Below, piece by piece: positions 31,035 through 41,627 of a stretch of 64,000 bases of DNA (positions are counted from its first letter, which is position 1; each line of letters begins with the position of its first letter). The DNA is from Polyangiales bacterium. GTDB lineage: Bacteria > Myxococcota_A > Polyangia > Polyangiales > JADJQN01. Below the pieces are notes generated by a model that was not told where the DNA came from, ran no database searches, and worked only from the letters and a program-made list of their open reading frames with translations. Position numbers and translations under genes: made by a program. The DNA lies in NCBI GenBank assembly GCA_964202905.1, contig CAXNJO010000002.1, forward strand, positions 1-64,000, read 5' to 3'.

Positions 31035-32777
31035 TCAGGGGCGAAGCAGCGTCGGACGGGCATCGGGCCCGAGGTGCACGGCGACGTGACCGAGCCGCGT
31101 CGCGAGCACGAGCAGCGCCCCGTCGCCGTCGCGATGGAGCCAGCGCTCCGCGCTCTCGAGGCCGCCGTGCGCGGTGTCGTCGGCGAGCACGATCTCGGGC
31201 GCGGCGCCGAGCGCGGAGAGCGCCCCGACCCGCGCGCGCAGGCCGCCCGCGGCCCCGGCACGGTAGACGATGAGCACCCGACCGTCGCGGAGCGTGACGA
31301 CCTCGGGGACGTCGCTCGTCGGCACGACGGCGGCCGCGACCGCGCAGCCCCCGGCGCCGCAGCGCAGCCCGGTGAAGCGCGCGACCCGACGCCCGTCGAC
31401 GACCTCCTGCGCGCGCGCGACGAGCGCGAGGTCGTCGCCGACGCAGTCCGCGACCGCGGCCGTCCCCGCGAGCGCTCCCGCTGCCTCGCCACGCGCTTCG
31501 CCCGCCGCGCCGTAGAAGCGCACCGCGACCGCGCGCTCGCGCGGAGCCGGGGCCGGCGCGCGCGCATCGGTGAGCAGCGCGAACGCACGACCCGTCGCGC
31601 CGACGCATCCGAGCACCTGCGCCGGCAGCGCGTCGATGCGCAGCGAGCGCGGCGGCGGCAGCGGCGCATCGGCCTCCTCCGGGAGCCACGCGACCTCGAT
31701 CCCGAACCCCGGCGACGCGGGCCCCTCACCGGGCCGACGCGCGCGCAGATCGGCGTGCAGGACGTACGCGAAGCCCGCGACGAGCTGCGGGCTGCGCAGC
31801 AGCGAGCCCGGCACCGCGAGCGCGCCGAGGGCGCGCGGCGCGTCGGCGCCGACCACGGACTCCACGAGCACGCTCCCGGGCAACGTGCTCCGTGGACGCC
31901 GCGGCCCCGCGCGCAGCACGAGCGCGCCGCCGCGCTGCGCGAGCACGCCGTAGACGTCGTCGCCAAGCGTGATGTCGCTCGCACCCTGCGCCCACCGCAG
32001 CCGCGCGGGCGCGTCGCCGCCACGCTCGAGCGCGAGCGCCTCGACGCCCGCGTCGCCCCCCGCGCCGACCGTCGGGACGGGCTGCGCCGAGCGCGTCGGC
32101 GCGAGCGGACGCGCCGCCCCGCACACGACGCGCGGCCCCTCGGGACGACACGCGCGCAGCGCATCGCCCGCGAACCACAGCGCGCCCGCCTCGCGTCCGA
32201 GGAAGCGGTCGCGGCGCCCGCCGAGGATCGCGTCGGAGGCGTCCACGGCGCGGACCAGGCGCAGCGGCGTCGGCGCCGCAGCGACCCCTGCGGGCGCTGA
32301 ACCGCCATTCATTCCCGCGCGCGCGATCGCCGTGACGAGCACGTCGACGCCCTTCGGGGGGCGGCCCCGCGCGATCGCGAGCTGCGCGCTGAAGAGCGTC
32401 GCGACGAGCCGGTCGATGCGCGAATCCTCGCGCCGCAGCGGCTCGAGCACGGCGCGCGCGGCGCGGACGTGCGCGACGCAGCGCCCCGGCCAGCCCGCCG
32501 TGCGCCCGCGGGTCTCCTCGGCGAGCACGATGCCGCGCAGCCGCTCGGACGCGGTCTCACCGATCGCGAGCGGCGCCCCGAGGAGGCAGCGCTCGAGGCC
32601 GGCGAGGTGCGGCTGCGCGGCGCGGCGCGCGGCCTCGAGGCGCGCGGTGTCCGGCTTGCCCGAGAGCCGCGTCCAGACCGCAAGCGCCACGAGCGCCGCG
32701 GTCGCGAGCACCGCGAGCCCGATCAGGCGGGTGCCCGCGCTCACCGTCCCGGGCGGAGCTTCCGGCGCGTCGCGCAT
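31035..32777 (-). CDS. Membrane-anchored hypothetical protein, probably beta-rich extracytoplasmic domain
   Basis: N-terminal TM LIGLAVLATAALVALAVW; paired Cys; 580-aa open frame with a TACCGT box upstream. Confidence 0.6.
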   Translation of the reverse strand: MRDAPEAPPGTVSAGTRLIGLAVLATAALVALAVWTRLSGKPDTARLEAARRAAQPHLAGLERCLLGAPLAIGETASERLRGIVLAEETRGRTAGWPGRCVAHVRAARAVLEPLRREDSRIDRLVATLFSAQLAIARGRPPKGVDVLVTAIARAGMNGGSAPAGVAAAPTPLRLVRAVDASDAILGGRRDRFLGREAGALWFAGDALRACRPEGPRVVCGAARPLAPTRSAQPVPTVGAGGDAGVEALALERGGDAPARLRWAQGASDITLGDDVYGVLAQRGGALVLRAGPRRPRSTLPGSVLVESVVGADAPRALGALAVPGSLLRSPQLVAGFAYVLHADLRARRPGEGPASPGFGIEVAWLPEEADAPLPPPRSLRIDALPAQVLGCVGATGRAFALLTDARAPAPAPRERAVAVRFYGAAGEARGEAAGALAGTAAVADCVGDDLALVARAQEVVDGRRVARFTGLRCGAGGCAVAAAVVPTSDVPEVVTLRDGRVLIVYRAGAAGGLRARVGALSALGAAPEIVLADDTAHGGLESAERWLHRDGDGALLVLATRLGHVAVHLGPDARPTLLRP

Positions 32778-32810
32778 GCGGGCGGGACGGTAGCAGACCC
32801 GCGCGCGCGC

Positions 32811-34286
32811 TCAGGCCGCGGGCGCGCTCTTCGCGGCGCCAGCCACCGCCTCGACCGCCGCAGCCTCGGAGGCCGCGGCCTCGGCGGCCTCGCGATCGGC
32901 CGTGAGCGCCATCTGCCGTTGCAGCAGGAGCGGCGCGATGTAGGGGAAACCGACCTGCAAGGTGTCGAGGTCCGGCGCGATCTGCCCGCAGAGCCAGAAC
33001 ATCATCACGCTCGCGCGCTCGGCGTAGAACCAGCCGTCCGGGTAGTGGAAGGCCTTCATCAGCTCGCGCAGCTCGGCGCGCTCGACCTGCGGATCGGCGA
33101 GCTTCTCGAGCTCCGCGGGCTTGGCGCGCATGAGCGCACCCGCCGTGCGGATCTGCACCTTGAGCAGCTTCGAGAAGTAGGTGACGACGGTCTTCTCGAG
33201 GAGCTCTTGGTTGCCGTCCGGCGCGACGAAGCCCATGCGCCGGAAGCCCGCGACGGCGAGCTTCACATCCTCGGTGAAGAAGCCCTGCAGGATGTCGACC
33301 ATCCCCGCGACGAGCTCGTCGCTCACCTCGCTGATCGCGCCGAAGTCGAGGATGACGATACGCGGCTCGCCAGGCGTCGGGCCGGGCTGCACGAGGAAGT
33401 TCCCCGGGTGCGGATCCGCGTGGAAGAAGTGATGGACGAGGAGCGACTTGTAGAAGCTCTGCACGAGGCGCGTCGCGACGGCCTCGCGGTCGATGCCGAG
33501 CTTCTCGTACTCCTCGAAGCGCGTGATCTTGATGCCCTCCATGAACGTCATGGTGAGGACGTCGCGCGTGGTGAGCGCCGGAATCACCGAGGGAAAGAGC
33601 AGATCGGGCTCGTCGGCGTAATCCGCCGCCATGCGCGTCATGCAGCGCCCCTCGTGCTCGTAGTCCGTCTCGCGGCGCAGCAGATCGACGAGCGCCTCGT
33701 GGGCGCGCTCGATGCCGCCGAAGGGGAAGAACCACTTGTAGACGCGCAGCGCGAGGCGCACGACCCGCATGTCGACGGCGATGACCTCGCGGATGCGCGG
33801 GTAGAGGATCTTCACCGCGACCTTGGTGCCGTCCTCCAGGTGCGCGACGTGCACCTGCCCGAGCGAGGCGGCCGCGAGCGGATTCGGATCGAAGTCCTTG
33901 TAGAGCGCCTCGGGCGGCTTGCCGAGCGACTGCTCGATGGTCTTCGCGATGACGCGGTAGGGCTGCGGGGGGACGGCGTCCTGCAGCTGCTCGAGCTCGG
34001 TCGCGTAAACGCGGGGCAGGAAGCCGCCCATCACCGAGAGCACCTGCCCGAGCTTGATGTAGACGCCGCGGAGGCTGAGCATCCCGTGCAGCAGGCGGCG
34101 CGCGTTGCGCAGGTCGATGCGCTTGCGGCGGTCCTTCACCCACTGCGGGAGGCGCATGCGCTCGCGGCCCTCGGCGTCGCGCTCGAAGCGGCGCAGGAGC
34201 CGCACGAGCCCCATCTGCGAGAGGTAGCTCGCGAAGATGAGCCCGAAGATCCAGAGCGCGCGGACGAGTCGGAAAAAGAGGCTCAT
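32811..34286 (-). CDS. ABC1/UbiB-family atypical kinase
   Basis: YIKLGQ, LQD, AAASLGQVH, VAVK, FHADPHPGN, LDFG. Confidence 0.92.
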   Translation of the reverse strand: MSLFFRLVRALWIFGLIFASYLSQMGLVRLLRRFERDAEGRERMRLPQWVKDRRKRIDLRNARRLLHGMLSLRGVYIKLGQVLSVMGGFLPRVYATELEQLQDAVPPQPYRVIAKTIEQSLGKPPEALYKDFDPNPLAAASLGQVHVAHLEDGTKVAVKILYPRIREVIAVDMRVVRLALRVYKWFFPFGGIERAHEALVDLLRRETDYEHEGRCMTRMAADYADEPDLLFPSVIPALTTRDVLTMTFMEGIKITRFEEYEKLGIDREAVATRLVQSFYKSLLVHHFFHADPHPGNFLVQPGPTPGEPRIVILDFGAISEVSDELVAGMVDILQGFFTEDVKLAVAGFRRMGFVAPDGNQELLEKTVVTYFSKLLKVQIRTAGALMRAKPAELEKLADPQVERAELRELMKAFHYPDGWFYAERASVMMFWLCGQIAPDLDTLQVGFPYIAPLLLQRQMALTADREAAEAAASEAAAVEAVAGAAKSAPAA

Positions 34287-34404
34287 GGCGTTCGCAGCGG
34301 GCGGGGCGAGGCTACCGCGGCGCGTCGGGCCCTGCCAGCGGGCGCGCCGCGCGGTGTGGGACGGTTGCGTCCGAGCCCGCGCCTCGCGTATGTGGGCGCA
34401 CACG

Positions 34405-35481
34405 ATGGCGACCACCAGCCCCTCCCCGCGCCGGTCCCGAACCCCCTCGCCCGCCCGCGCGCCGCAGGTGCGGCCGCTGCTCGTGCGGCCCGGCGCGCGC
34501 TTCACCTGCGCGGGCGACGGCCTGTGCTGCACCGACGCGCACGCGCTCGGCCCCGTCACGCGCAAGGAGCGCAAGCAGGTCGAGCGCTTCCGCGACGACG
34601 CCACGGTGTACCTGCCGACGCTCGAGGCGCGCGTGCTCGCGACGAAGCCCGACGGGAGCTGCGTGTTCCTGCTGCCCGACGCGCGCTGCGGGATCCACGC
34701 CGAGCACGGCGCGGCCGCCAAGCCCGACGCGTGCCAGCGCTTCCCGTACGGCCTCGTCGCGACGCCCGATGGGGGACGCATCACCACCGAACACCGCTGC
34801 CCGTGCCGCACGCTCGGCGACCGCCCGCCGCTCGATCCCGTCGACGCCGAACACGCGCTCACCGCGGGGCGCGGCCGCGTCGACGCCGACGCGCGCATCG
34901 GCCCGCGCGTGCGCCTCGCCGCGCGGCGCAGCGTGGCGTGGGCGACCTACCGCGCCGAGGAGGACGCGCTCTTCGCGCGGCTCGCGCGCGGCGAGCGGCC
35001 CGAGGAGGTGCTCGAGGCGGCGCCCCTGCCGCCGCTGCGCGGGACCGACTGGGCCCACGTCGCCCGCGAGCTCGGCACGTACGACGAGGACACCTCGTGC
35101 AGCGGCGCGCTCCGACTCGCGGGCGACCTGCTCCACGCGCTCCTCGGCGGCAAGGCCCGGCCGCTCGCACCGCGTCGCTGGGCGCCCTGGTTCGATCGCG
35201 CCGAGGCCCGCGCGACGCAGCCCGGGCGCGGCGCCGACGCGCTCCGCGATTATGTCGAGGACCAGCTCTGGCGCATGGATTGGTGCGCGTACGGCGCCAC
35301 CTTCGCGCAGGGCCGCGCCGACCTCGCGACGCGCGTCGCGCTCGCGCGCGCGGCCGCGCGACGCCTGCAACGCGCGGGGCTCCGCGAAGACCGCGCGATG
35401 GCCGAGGCGCTCTTCGTCGTCGAGCTCACCACCTCGACGAGCGTCTGGCAGGACGTGCTGCTCTGCATCGAGGCAGGCTGA
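34405..35481 (+). CDS. YkgJ-family cysteine-cluster protein
   Basis: FTCAGDGLCC, CVFL...RCGIH...KPDACQRFPY, CPC. Confidence 0.75.
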   Translation: MATTSPSPRRSRTPSPARAPQVRPLLVRPGARFTCAGDGLCCTDAHALGPVTRKERKQVERFRDDATVYLPTLEARVLATKPDGSCVFLLPDARCGIHAEHGAAAKPDACQRFPYGLVATPDGGRITTEHRCPCRTLGDRPPLDPVDAEHALTAGRGRVDADARIGPRVRLAARRSVAWATYRAEEDALFARLARGERPEEVLEAAPLPPLRGTDWAHVARELGTYDEDTSCSGALRLAGDLLHALLGGKARPLAPRRWAPWFDRAEARATQPGRGADALRDYVEDQLWRMDWCAYGATFAQGRADLATRVALARAAARRLQRAGLREDRAMAEALFVVELTTSTSVWQDVLLCIEAG

Positions 35482-35499
35482 GCGGCCACGCGACCCGCG

Positions 35500-35792
35500 C
35501 CGATCCGCGGCCGCGATGCGCCGCGCCAGGCGCCGCGCGCCCCCCCCTTCTGCGCGAGGAGATCGAAACCTTGTCCATACGTCGCAGGGACGCCCCACCC
35601 CTCGTCGCCCGCGATGTGAAAGGCGATGTCGATGGCCTCCTGCACGACGACGAGCACGCTCATCGCGATGGCGTCGAGGCGGTCGACGTCCGCACGCAGC
35701 AGCGCCGCCGATTCGGGAAGGCGACGCCGCAGGCGCTCGAGGTGCTCGCGCAGCACGGCGAGCTTGCGCGTGACGAGCAGGACGTTCGTCAT
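35500..35792 (-). pseudogene. Truncated HEPN (DUF86/HepT-like) toxin
   Basis: QEAIDIAFHI...GVPATYGQGFDLL then breaks at a G8 run; no R-x4-H RNase motif; ATGA overlap with the MNT gene. Confidence 0.75.
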
Positions 35793-36196
35793 CGGCCCCC
35801 CGCGGCGACGTGCGCGAGATAGCGCGCCTGCGCGTCGAGGTAGGCCGGCGCGAGGTCGAGCCACGCCAACATCGCGGCGGCGGCAAAGCGCGCGAAATCC
35901 CCGGGAACGGCCTTGCGAATCGGTAGGCCGCGCGCGATCTCCCGGCGCAGGACGACGTCCTCGACGCGGTCGAGCCGGACGAGGTCGACCTCGCGCCCCG
36001 TGGCCCGCGCGAGCGCCTCGACGAGACGCGCCTCGTCGACCGCGGAGAACTGCGCCGCAGGCTGGATGGCGACGTCGAGGTCGCTCTCGGGCCGCGCCTC
36101 CCCCCGCGCGACCGAGCCGAACACGACGGCGAGCGCAAGGTCCCCTCGAGCCGCCAGCCGTGCGCGGAGGGCGCCGATGTCGTGCGGAGCGTCCAT
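35789..36196 (-). CDS. Minimal nucleotidyltransferase (MntA-like) antitoxin
   Basis: FGSVARGEARPESDLDVAI, REVDLV. Confidence 0.88.
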   Translation of the reverse strand: MDAPHDIGALRARLAARGDLALAVVFGSVARGEARPESDLDVAIQPAAQFSAVDEARLVEALARATGREVDLVRLDRVEDVVLRREIARGLPIRKAVPGDFARFAAAAMLAWLDLAPAYLDAQARYLAHVAAGGR

Positions 36197-36252
36197 GAAA
36201 CGTCGGCCAGCCAACCAGCGCGGTCGATCGCGCGCACAGGTACACTCGCGCC

Positions 36253-37227
36253 GTGACGACCAAGGTCTACGCGTACACGAAGGGGAGCAACACCGTCGAC
36301 GATCGCTCGCCCGCGGAGCTGCCCGCGCTCATCGCGGACCCGAACGTCATCTTCTGGGTCGACCTGTGCGGGCGCGATCCCGAGCACGACAAGCTGCTCG
36401 CCGAGGTCTTCAAGATTCACCCGACCGTCCTCGAGGACATGTTCCTCGACGCGCCGCAGCCCAAGGTCGAGGACTTCGACGACTACCTCTACATCGTCGT
36501 CCACGGGCTCGACCGCAACGCGGAGCAGCCCGACGACCTCGAGACGATCGAGCTCGACCTCGTCCTCGGCGAGCGCTTCATCCTCACGCACCACCCCACG
36601 AAGCTGCGCTCGACGGACACCGTCGAGGGCGAGATCCGGCGCAGCGCGCGGCTCTTCGCGCGCGGCCCCTCGTTCGTCGCGCACGCGATCCTCGACCACC
36701 TCTCCGATCACTACAAACCGCTGATGGAGAAGTTCGACGAGGAGATCGAGGCGCTCGAGACGCGGGTGCTCCACGACGCATCGCCCGCGGTCATCGGCGA
36801 GGTGTTCGCGGTCAAGCGCTCGCTCGCGAAGATCCGGCGCGTGGCCTCGCACCAACGCGACGTCGTGCAGCGGCTCGCGCGCGGCGAGTTCGCGCTGATC
36901 GCGGAGGCCGCGCTGCCCTTCTACCGCGACATCGCGGACAACTTCGTGCGCGTGACCGACCTCGCCGACGGCGACCGCGAGCTGCTCGGCTCGATCCTCG
37001 ACATGCACATGAGCGTGCAGGGCCAGAAGCTCAACGAGATCATGAAGGTGCTCACCCTCATGTCGACGATCATGCTGCCGATGACCTTCATCGCCGGCAT
37101 CTACGGCATGAACTTCGACGTGATGCCGGAGTTGCGCTGGAAGCACGGCTACTTCATCGCGCTCGGCGTGATGGCCGGCGTCGCGGGCGGGCTCGTGGTC
37201 TGGTTCAAGCGGCGGAAGTGGATCTGA
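36253..37227 (+). CDS. corA: Magnesium/cobalt transporter CorA
   Basis: FWVDL, PKVEDF, NEIMKVLT, YGMNF, MPEL, two C-terminal TMs. Confidence 0.95.
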   Translation: MTTKVYAYTKGSNTVDDRSPAELPALIADPNVIFWVDLCGRDPEHDKLLAEVFKIHPTVLEDMFLDAPQPKVEDFDDYLYIVVHGLDRNAEQPDDLETIELDLVLGERFILTHHPTKLRSTDTVEGEIRRSARLFARGPSFVAHAILDHLSDHYKPLMEKFDEEIEALETRVLHDASPAVIGEVFAVKRSLAKIRRVASHQRDVVQRLARGEFALIAEAALPFYRDIADNFVRVTDLADGDRELLGSILDMHMSVQGQKLNEIMKVLTLMSTIMLPMTFIAGIYGMNFDVMPELRWKHGYFIALGVMAGVAGGLVVWFKRRKWI

Positions 37228-37236
37228 GCGCGTCGA

Positions 37237-38355
37237 TCACGGCGCGGTCGCACGGAGGGTCACGTCGGAGCCGACCGCGTCCTGCACGCGCGCGAAGCCG
37301 GCTTCTTTCGCCTTCTGCGCGAGGCCGACCGCGATGCGTCGCGGCAGCAGCGGCCCGCCGTAGACGAATCCCGTATACAACTGCACCAGCGTTGCACCTG
37401 CACGGATGCGGGCCCAGGCGTCGTCGGCGCTCGACACGCCACCCACCGAGACGAGCACGAGCCGGTCACCGACCTGCGCGCGCAGCCTGCGCAGCACCGC
37501 GAGGGAGCGCTCGCGCAGCGGCTCGCCGGAGACGCCGCCCGCGCCGATCGCTGCGACCTCGGCCTCCGGCGTGCGCAGCCTGGCGCGCGAGAGGGTCGTG
37601 TTCGTCGCGACGATGCCCGCGAGCCCGAGCCGCAACGCGAGCGCGGCGACGGCGTCGACGTCGTCGTCCGAGAGGTCGGGCGCGATCTTCACGAGCACGG
37701 GCGGCGTGCGCGCGGGCGCGACGCGCGCGGCGGCCTCCTGCACGGCGGCGAGCAGGGGACCGAGCCGCTCGACGGCCTGCAGGTCGCGGAGCCCCGGCGT
37801 GTTGGGCGAGCTGACGTTGACGACGAGGTAGTCCGCGAGCGGCGCGAGGCGCTCGGTCGCCGCGACGTAGTCGGCGACGGCGCGATCCTCGGGCGTGTCC
37901 TTGTTCTTGCCGACGTTGACGCCGACGAGGGTGCGGCGCGACGCGTGCCCGGCGAGCAGGCGCGCGCGCGCGACCTCGGCGCCCTCGTTGTTGAAGCCGA
38001 GGCGGTTGACGAGCGCGCGATCCGCAGGGAGCCGGAACATGCGCGGCTTCGGGTTGCCGGGCTGCGCGCGGGGCGTGACCGTGCCGACCTCGACGTAACC
38101 GAAGCCGAGCGCGCCGAGCGCTTCGGGGCCGCGCGCGTCCTTGTCGAAGCCGGCCGCGAGGCCGATCGGCGTCGGCCACTCGAGCCCGAGCGTGCGCACG
38201 ACGAGGGCGGGATCCGCGGGGCGCAGCAGCGCGCGGGCGAGCGCGCGGACGCCCGGTATCGCCATCGCGACGCGCAGCGCCGCAAAGCCGAGGTGGTGCG
38301 CGGTCTCGGCCGGGAGCCGCGCGAGCAGAAGACGAAAGAAGGCGCGGTAGAGCAT
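37237..38355 (-). CDS. pyrD: Quinone-dependent dihydroorotate dehydrogenase
   Basis: [48 protein letters not shown]. Confidence 0.95.
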   Translation of the reverse strand: MLYRAFFRLLLARLPAETAHHLGFAALRVAMAIPGVRALARALLRPADPALVVRTLGLEWPTPIGLAAGFDKDARGPEALGALGFGYVEVGTVTPRAQPGNPKPRMFRLPADRALVNRLGFNNEGAEVARARLLAGHASRRTLVGVNVGKNKDTPEDRAVADYVAATERLAPLADYLVVNVSSPNTPGLRDLQAVERLGPLLAAVQEAAARVAPARTPPVLVKIAPDLSDDDVDAVAALALRLGLAGIVATNTTLSRARLRTPEAEVAAIGAGGVSGEPLRERSLAVLRRLRAQVGDRLVLVSVGGVSSADDAWARIRAGATLVQLYTGFVYGGPLLPRRIAVGLAQKAKEAGFARVQDAVGSDVTLRATAP

Positions 38356-38391
38356 CCCGGGGCGCGCGTCTAACACGCACCCCGCGCGCCG

Positions 38392-39465
38392 TCACCCGTG
38401 CGGCCAGGGCGACGATGCAGGCGGCGCAGACGACCGAGACGAGTCGGGCGGCGCAGGCTCGGGCCACGGAAGCACACGCGGCACGTGCGGGGGCAGCGCC
38501 TCGAGGTGGTGGAAGGCCGCGTAGTCGATGACCCGGTGGCCGTCCGGGGCGACGGAGATGACGTCGCAGAAACGCCGGTCCCACGCGATCTCCGCGGCGA
38601 GGTACGAAAAACGCGCGTGGATCTGGGCCTGGAAGGTGTCGTCGATGCCGGTGACGACGACCATCAGCTCGGTCGCGTCCCGCGCGAGCGACTCGGACGT
38701 CGCGCCGAAGAGCGGGCTCGCGGCGTCGATGGGGTGCACGACCGTCCAGCTCAGCGCGAAGAGCGGCGAGAACGTCCGCGTGAGCGCGAGGTCGTGGAAG
38801 CGCCGGATGCGCTCGCCCTCCACGGTGCGCTCGTTGCGCACGAGGATGACGCGGACCTGCGCTTCGACGACGGGGTTGCCGCGCTCGTTCGCCATGCGCA
38901 GCAGGAGCGAGGGGACGCCGTCGCGGTAGGCGACGACCGCCGATCGACAGAAGAGCACGCGCGACGAGGGCCGCGCGAAACGCGTGAACATGAGGCTCGT
39001 CGCGACCGCGACGCCGAAGAGCCCGGTGAAGGCCTCGATCGCGACGAGCACGTCCGCGTACGGGGTCTTCGGCGCCATCGCGCCGTACCCGATCGTCGCG
39101 AGCGTCTGCACGCTGAACATGTACGCGTCCCAGAACGACCCCGGCACCGCGTTCGCGATGACGTCGCCGCCGGCAAGATAGAGGATCGCGAAGAGCAGGT
39201 TGATGCCGAGGTAGCCGAGCACCACCCCGCCGAGGAAGAGCGGCCAGCTGAGCGTCAGCACCGCGTGGTAGAGGTCCCACGAGCCTCCCAGCAGGCCACG
39301 GCGCTCGATGTGCAGCGGCGCGCCGCCCGGGCGCGGGATCATGCGCGTCGGCGGGGGGATCACGGGCGAGGGGCCCGCAGGCGCGGGGCCCGCAGGCGCG
39401 GGGTCCGCAGGCGAAACGTCGCGCGCGGGCGAGGGCTCGGGACGGTCTGCGGGGGGCGGTTGCAC
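38392..39465 (-). CDS. Inward-rectifier potassium channel (KirBac)
   Basis: FSVQTLATIGYG filter, RFARP, RMANERGN, LSWTVVHPID...SPL; start 39465 or 39342. Confidence 0.92.
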   Translation of the reverse strand: MQPPPADRPEPSPARDVSPADPAPAGPAPAGPSPVIPPPTRMIPRPGGAPLHIERRGLLGGSWDLYHAVLTLSWPLFLGGVVLGYLGINLLFAILYLAGGDVIANAVPGSFWDAYMFSVQTLATIGYGAMAPKTPYADVLVAIEAFTGLFGVAVATSLMFTRFARPSSRVLFCRSAVVAYRDGVPSLLLRMANERGNPVVEAQVRVILVRNERTVEGERIRRFHDLALTRTFSPLFALSWTVVHPIDAASPLFGATSESLARDATELMVVVTGIDDTFQAQIHARFSYLAAEIAWDRRFCDVISVAPDGHRVIDYAAFHHLEALPPHVPRVLPWPEPAPPDSSRSSAPPASSPWPHG

Positions 39466-39713
39466 GGACAGCGCGCACGATAGCAGCGCCGCACGCGGCG
39501 CGAACCGGGGGGCATCTTGCCCGGGCGCGTCGTCTCGTGCGGCACACGCGCGGCGGCGCTCGCCCGGGCGGTTCATCCCCGCGCGCAGCGTCCTCGACGA
39601 CCTCGCGGTCCTCGACGTCGCCCGGCATGGAGCGCCGTCCGGATCGACGCAGACCCCGCGCCGTGGAACGGGGCGCACGCCGTCCGTGCGTGGGCGGTCT
39701 ACATTCCCCGTCC

Positions 39714-41627
39714 ATGCGCTTCCTGTCTCCCATCGCGCTCCTGCCGCTGGTGCTCTTCTTCGTCGGCTGCGGTGACGACGACGCGGCGCCGCCCCGACCC
39801 GCCGACGCCGGCGTGGACGCAGGCCCGCTGCCCGCGCCCGATCTCGGCGCCGATCTCGGCACCGACTTGGGGCCGTGCGCGCCGCTCGCCGAGTGCGGCG
39901 GCGCCTGCGTGGACACGGCGACGGCGGTCGCGCACTGCGGAGCCTGCGACGCCGCGTGCGCGCCGCCCGAGGACGCCGTCGGCGCCTGCGTCGCGTCGGC
40001 CTGCACCTTCGCGTGCGTGCCGGGTTTCGCGCGTGCCGGCGACGCGTGCGTGCCCGCGCCGCGGCTCGTCGCGCCGCTCTCGGGGGCCGCGGCCACCACG
40101 CGCCGTCCGACGCTGCGCTTCACCTTGCCCGAGGGCGTCGCCACGGCGCGCCTCGAGGTGTGCGCCGAGCGCGGCTGCGCGACGCCGCTGCTCGCCTTCG
40201 ACGTGAGCGGCGAGACGGCCGTCCCCGACGCGGATCTCGCGCCCGGCACGGTGTATTGGCGCGTCGTCGCGGGCAGCGAGGCGAGCCGCACGTGGGCGCT
40301 CGCGGTGCCGCCGCGCTCCGCGCCGGTCTCCGCCGCGTGGGGCGTGACCCCCGACTACGATGGTGATGGCAGCGGCGACGTCGTGGTCGGTGCGCCCGCT
40401 GCGGGCAGCGGTGACGGACGCGCCTATGTGTTCCCGGGAAGCCGCGCGGGCACGCCCGTCGCGCCCGAACGCATCCTGCGCGCCCCCGATGGCAGCGCGG
40501 GCGCCTTCGCCAGCTCGCTCGCGTGCGCGGGCGACCTCAACGGCGACGGCTACGCGGATCTCGCGGTCGGGGCGCCGGAGCTCGCGGCGCGCACGGGCGC
40601 CGTGCTCCTGTACTGGGGCGGCCCGGCGGGACTGGCGCTCGCGCCCGATCAGACGTTGATGTCGCCGCGCGCCGCGGGCGGGCTGTTCGGGCGTCACGTC
40701 GCGGCCGCGGGCGATGTGGACGGCGACGGCTACGGCGACCTGCTCGTCGTCGCACCGAGCGCAGACAGCACGCCGGGGCGCCTGCTCGTGTACCGAGGCG
40801 GGCCGCGCGGCGTCGCGGCGACGGCGGCGCTGCAGGTGAGCGGCGTCGGGCGCTTCGGCAGCGCCGTCGCGGGGGCGATGGACCTCGACGCGGACGGCTT
40901 CGCGGACGTGGCCGTCGGTGCGTTCGCGACGTCGGGCGAAGCCGGCGCGGTGCACGTCTTCCGCGGCGGTCCGGGCGGGCTCTCGGAGACGGCCGCCATC
41001 GTGCTGCCCGCGACGACGGGCCCCGGCAGCCAGCTCGGCGCCGCGGTCGCGAGCGCGGGCGACGTCGACGGCGACGGCTACGCGGACCTCGCCGCGGGCG
41101 CGCCGGGCGCTCCCTCGAACGACGCGCCCGATCCGGACGCGGGCACCGTGCGCTCGCCGGGACGCGTGATCGTGTGGCGCGGCGGCCCCATGGGCGTGAG
41201 CGGCGCGATCCTCCACGAATTGCTGCCCGGCACCGCGACGGGGAGCCAGTTCGGGGCCGCGCTCGCGGCGACGGATCTCACGGGCGATGGCTTCTCGGAG
41301 CTCGTCGTCGGCGCGTTCGGCACGAGCCGCAGGCAGGGGCGCGTCTACGTCTTCGCCGGCGGCGCGATGCCCTCGCGCGTGCCGCTCCTGCAGCTCGACG
41401 GCCCCGTGGCCGACTCCGACTTCGGCCGCGCGCTCGCCGTCGCGGGGGACGTGGACGCGAGCGGGCTGCCCGATCTCGTGATCGGCGCGCCCCGCACCGA
41501 CGACGACGCCGGGCGCGCGTTCGTCCACCGCGGGAGCGCCGCGGGCCTCTCGCTCACGCCGCTCGCCGAGCTCGTCCCGCCGGGCGCGGGCAGCTTTGGC
41601 CTCGCGCTCGCCCGCGGCGACCGATGA
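39714..41627 (+). CDS. FG-GAP (integrin-like beta-propeller) lipoprotein with Cys-rich N-terminal module
   Basis: Lipobox FVGC; CGGACVD...HCGACDAAC; about seven GD(L/V)xGDGYxDxxVGAP-type repeats. Confidence 0.88.
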   Translation: MRFLSPIALLPLVLFFVGCGDDDAAPPRPADAGVDAGPLPAPDLGADLGTDLGPCAPLAECGGACVDTATAVAHCGACDAACAPPEDAVGACVASACTFACVPGFARAGDACVPAPRLVAPLSGAAATTRRPTLRFTLPEGVATARLEVCAERGCATPLLAFDVSGETAVPDADLAPGTVYWRVVAGSEASRTWALAVPPRSAPVSAAWGVTPDYDGDGSGDVVVGAPAAGSGDGRAYVFPGSRAGTPVAPERILRAPDGSAGAFASSLACAGDLNGDGYADLAVGAPELAARTGAVLLYWGGPAGLALAPDQTLMSPRAAGGLFGRHVAAAGDVDGDGYGDLLVVAPSADSTPGRLLVYRGGPRGVAATAALQVSGVGRFGSAVAGAMDLDADGFADVAVGAFATSGEAGAVHVFRGGPGGLSETAAIVLPATTGPGSQLGAAVASAGDVDGDGYADLAAGAPGAPSNDAPDPDAGTVRSPGRVIVWRGGPMGVSGAILHELLPGTATGSQFGAALAATDLTGDGFSELVVGAFGTSRRQGRVYVFAGGAMPSRVPLLQLDGPVADSDFGRALAVAGDVDASGLPDLVIGAPRTDDDAGRAFVHRGSAAGLSLTPLAELVPPGAGSFGLALARGDR

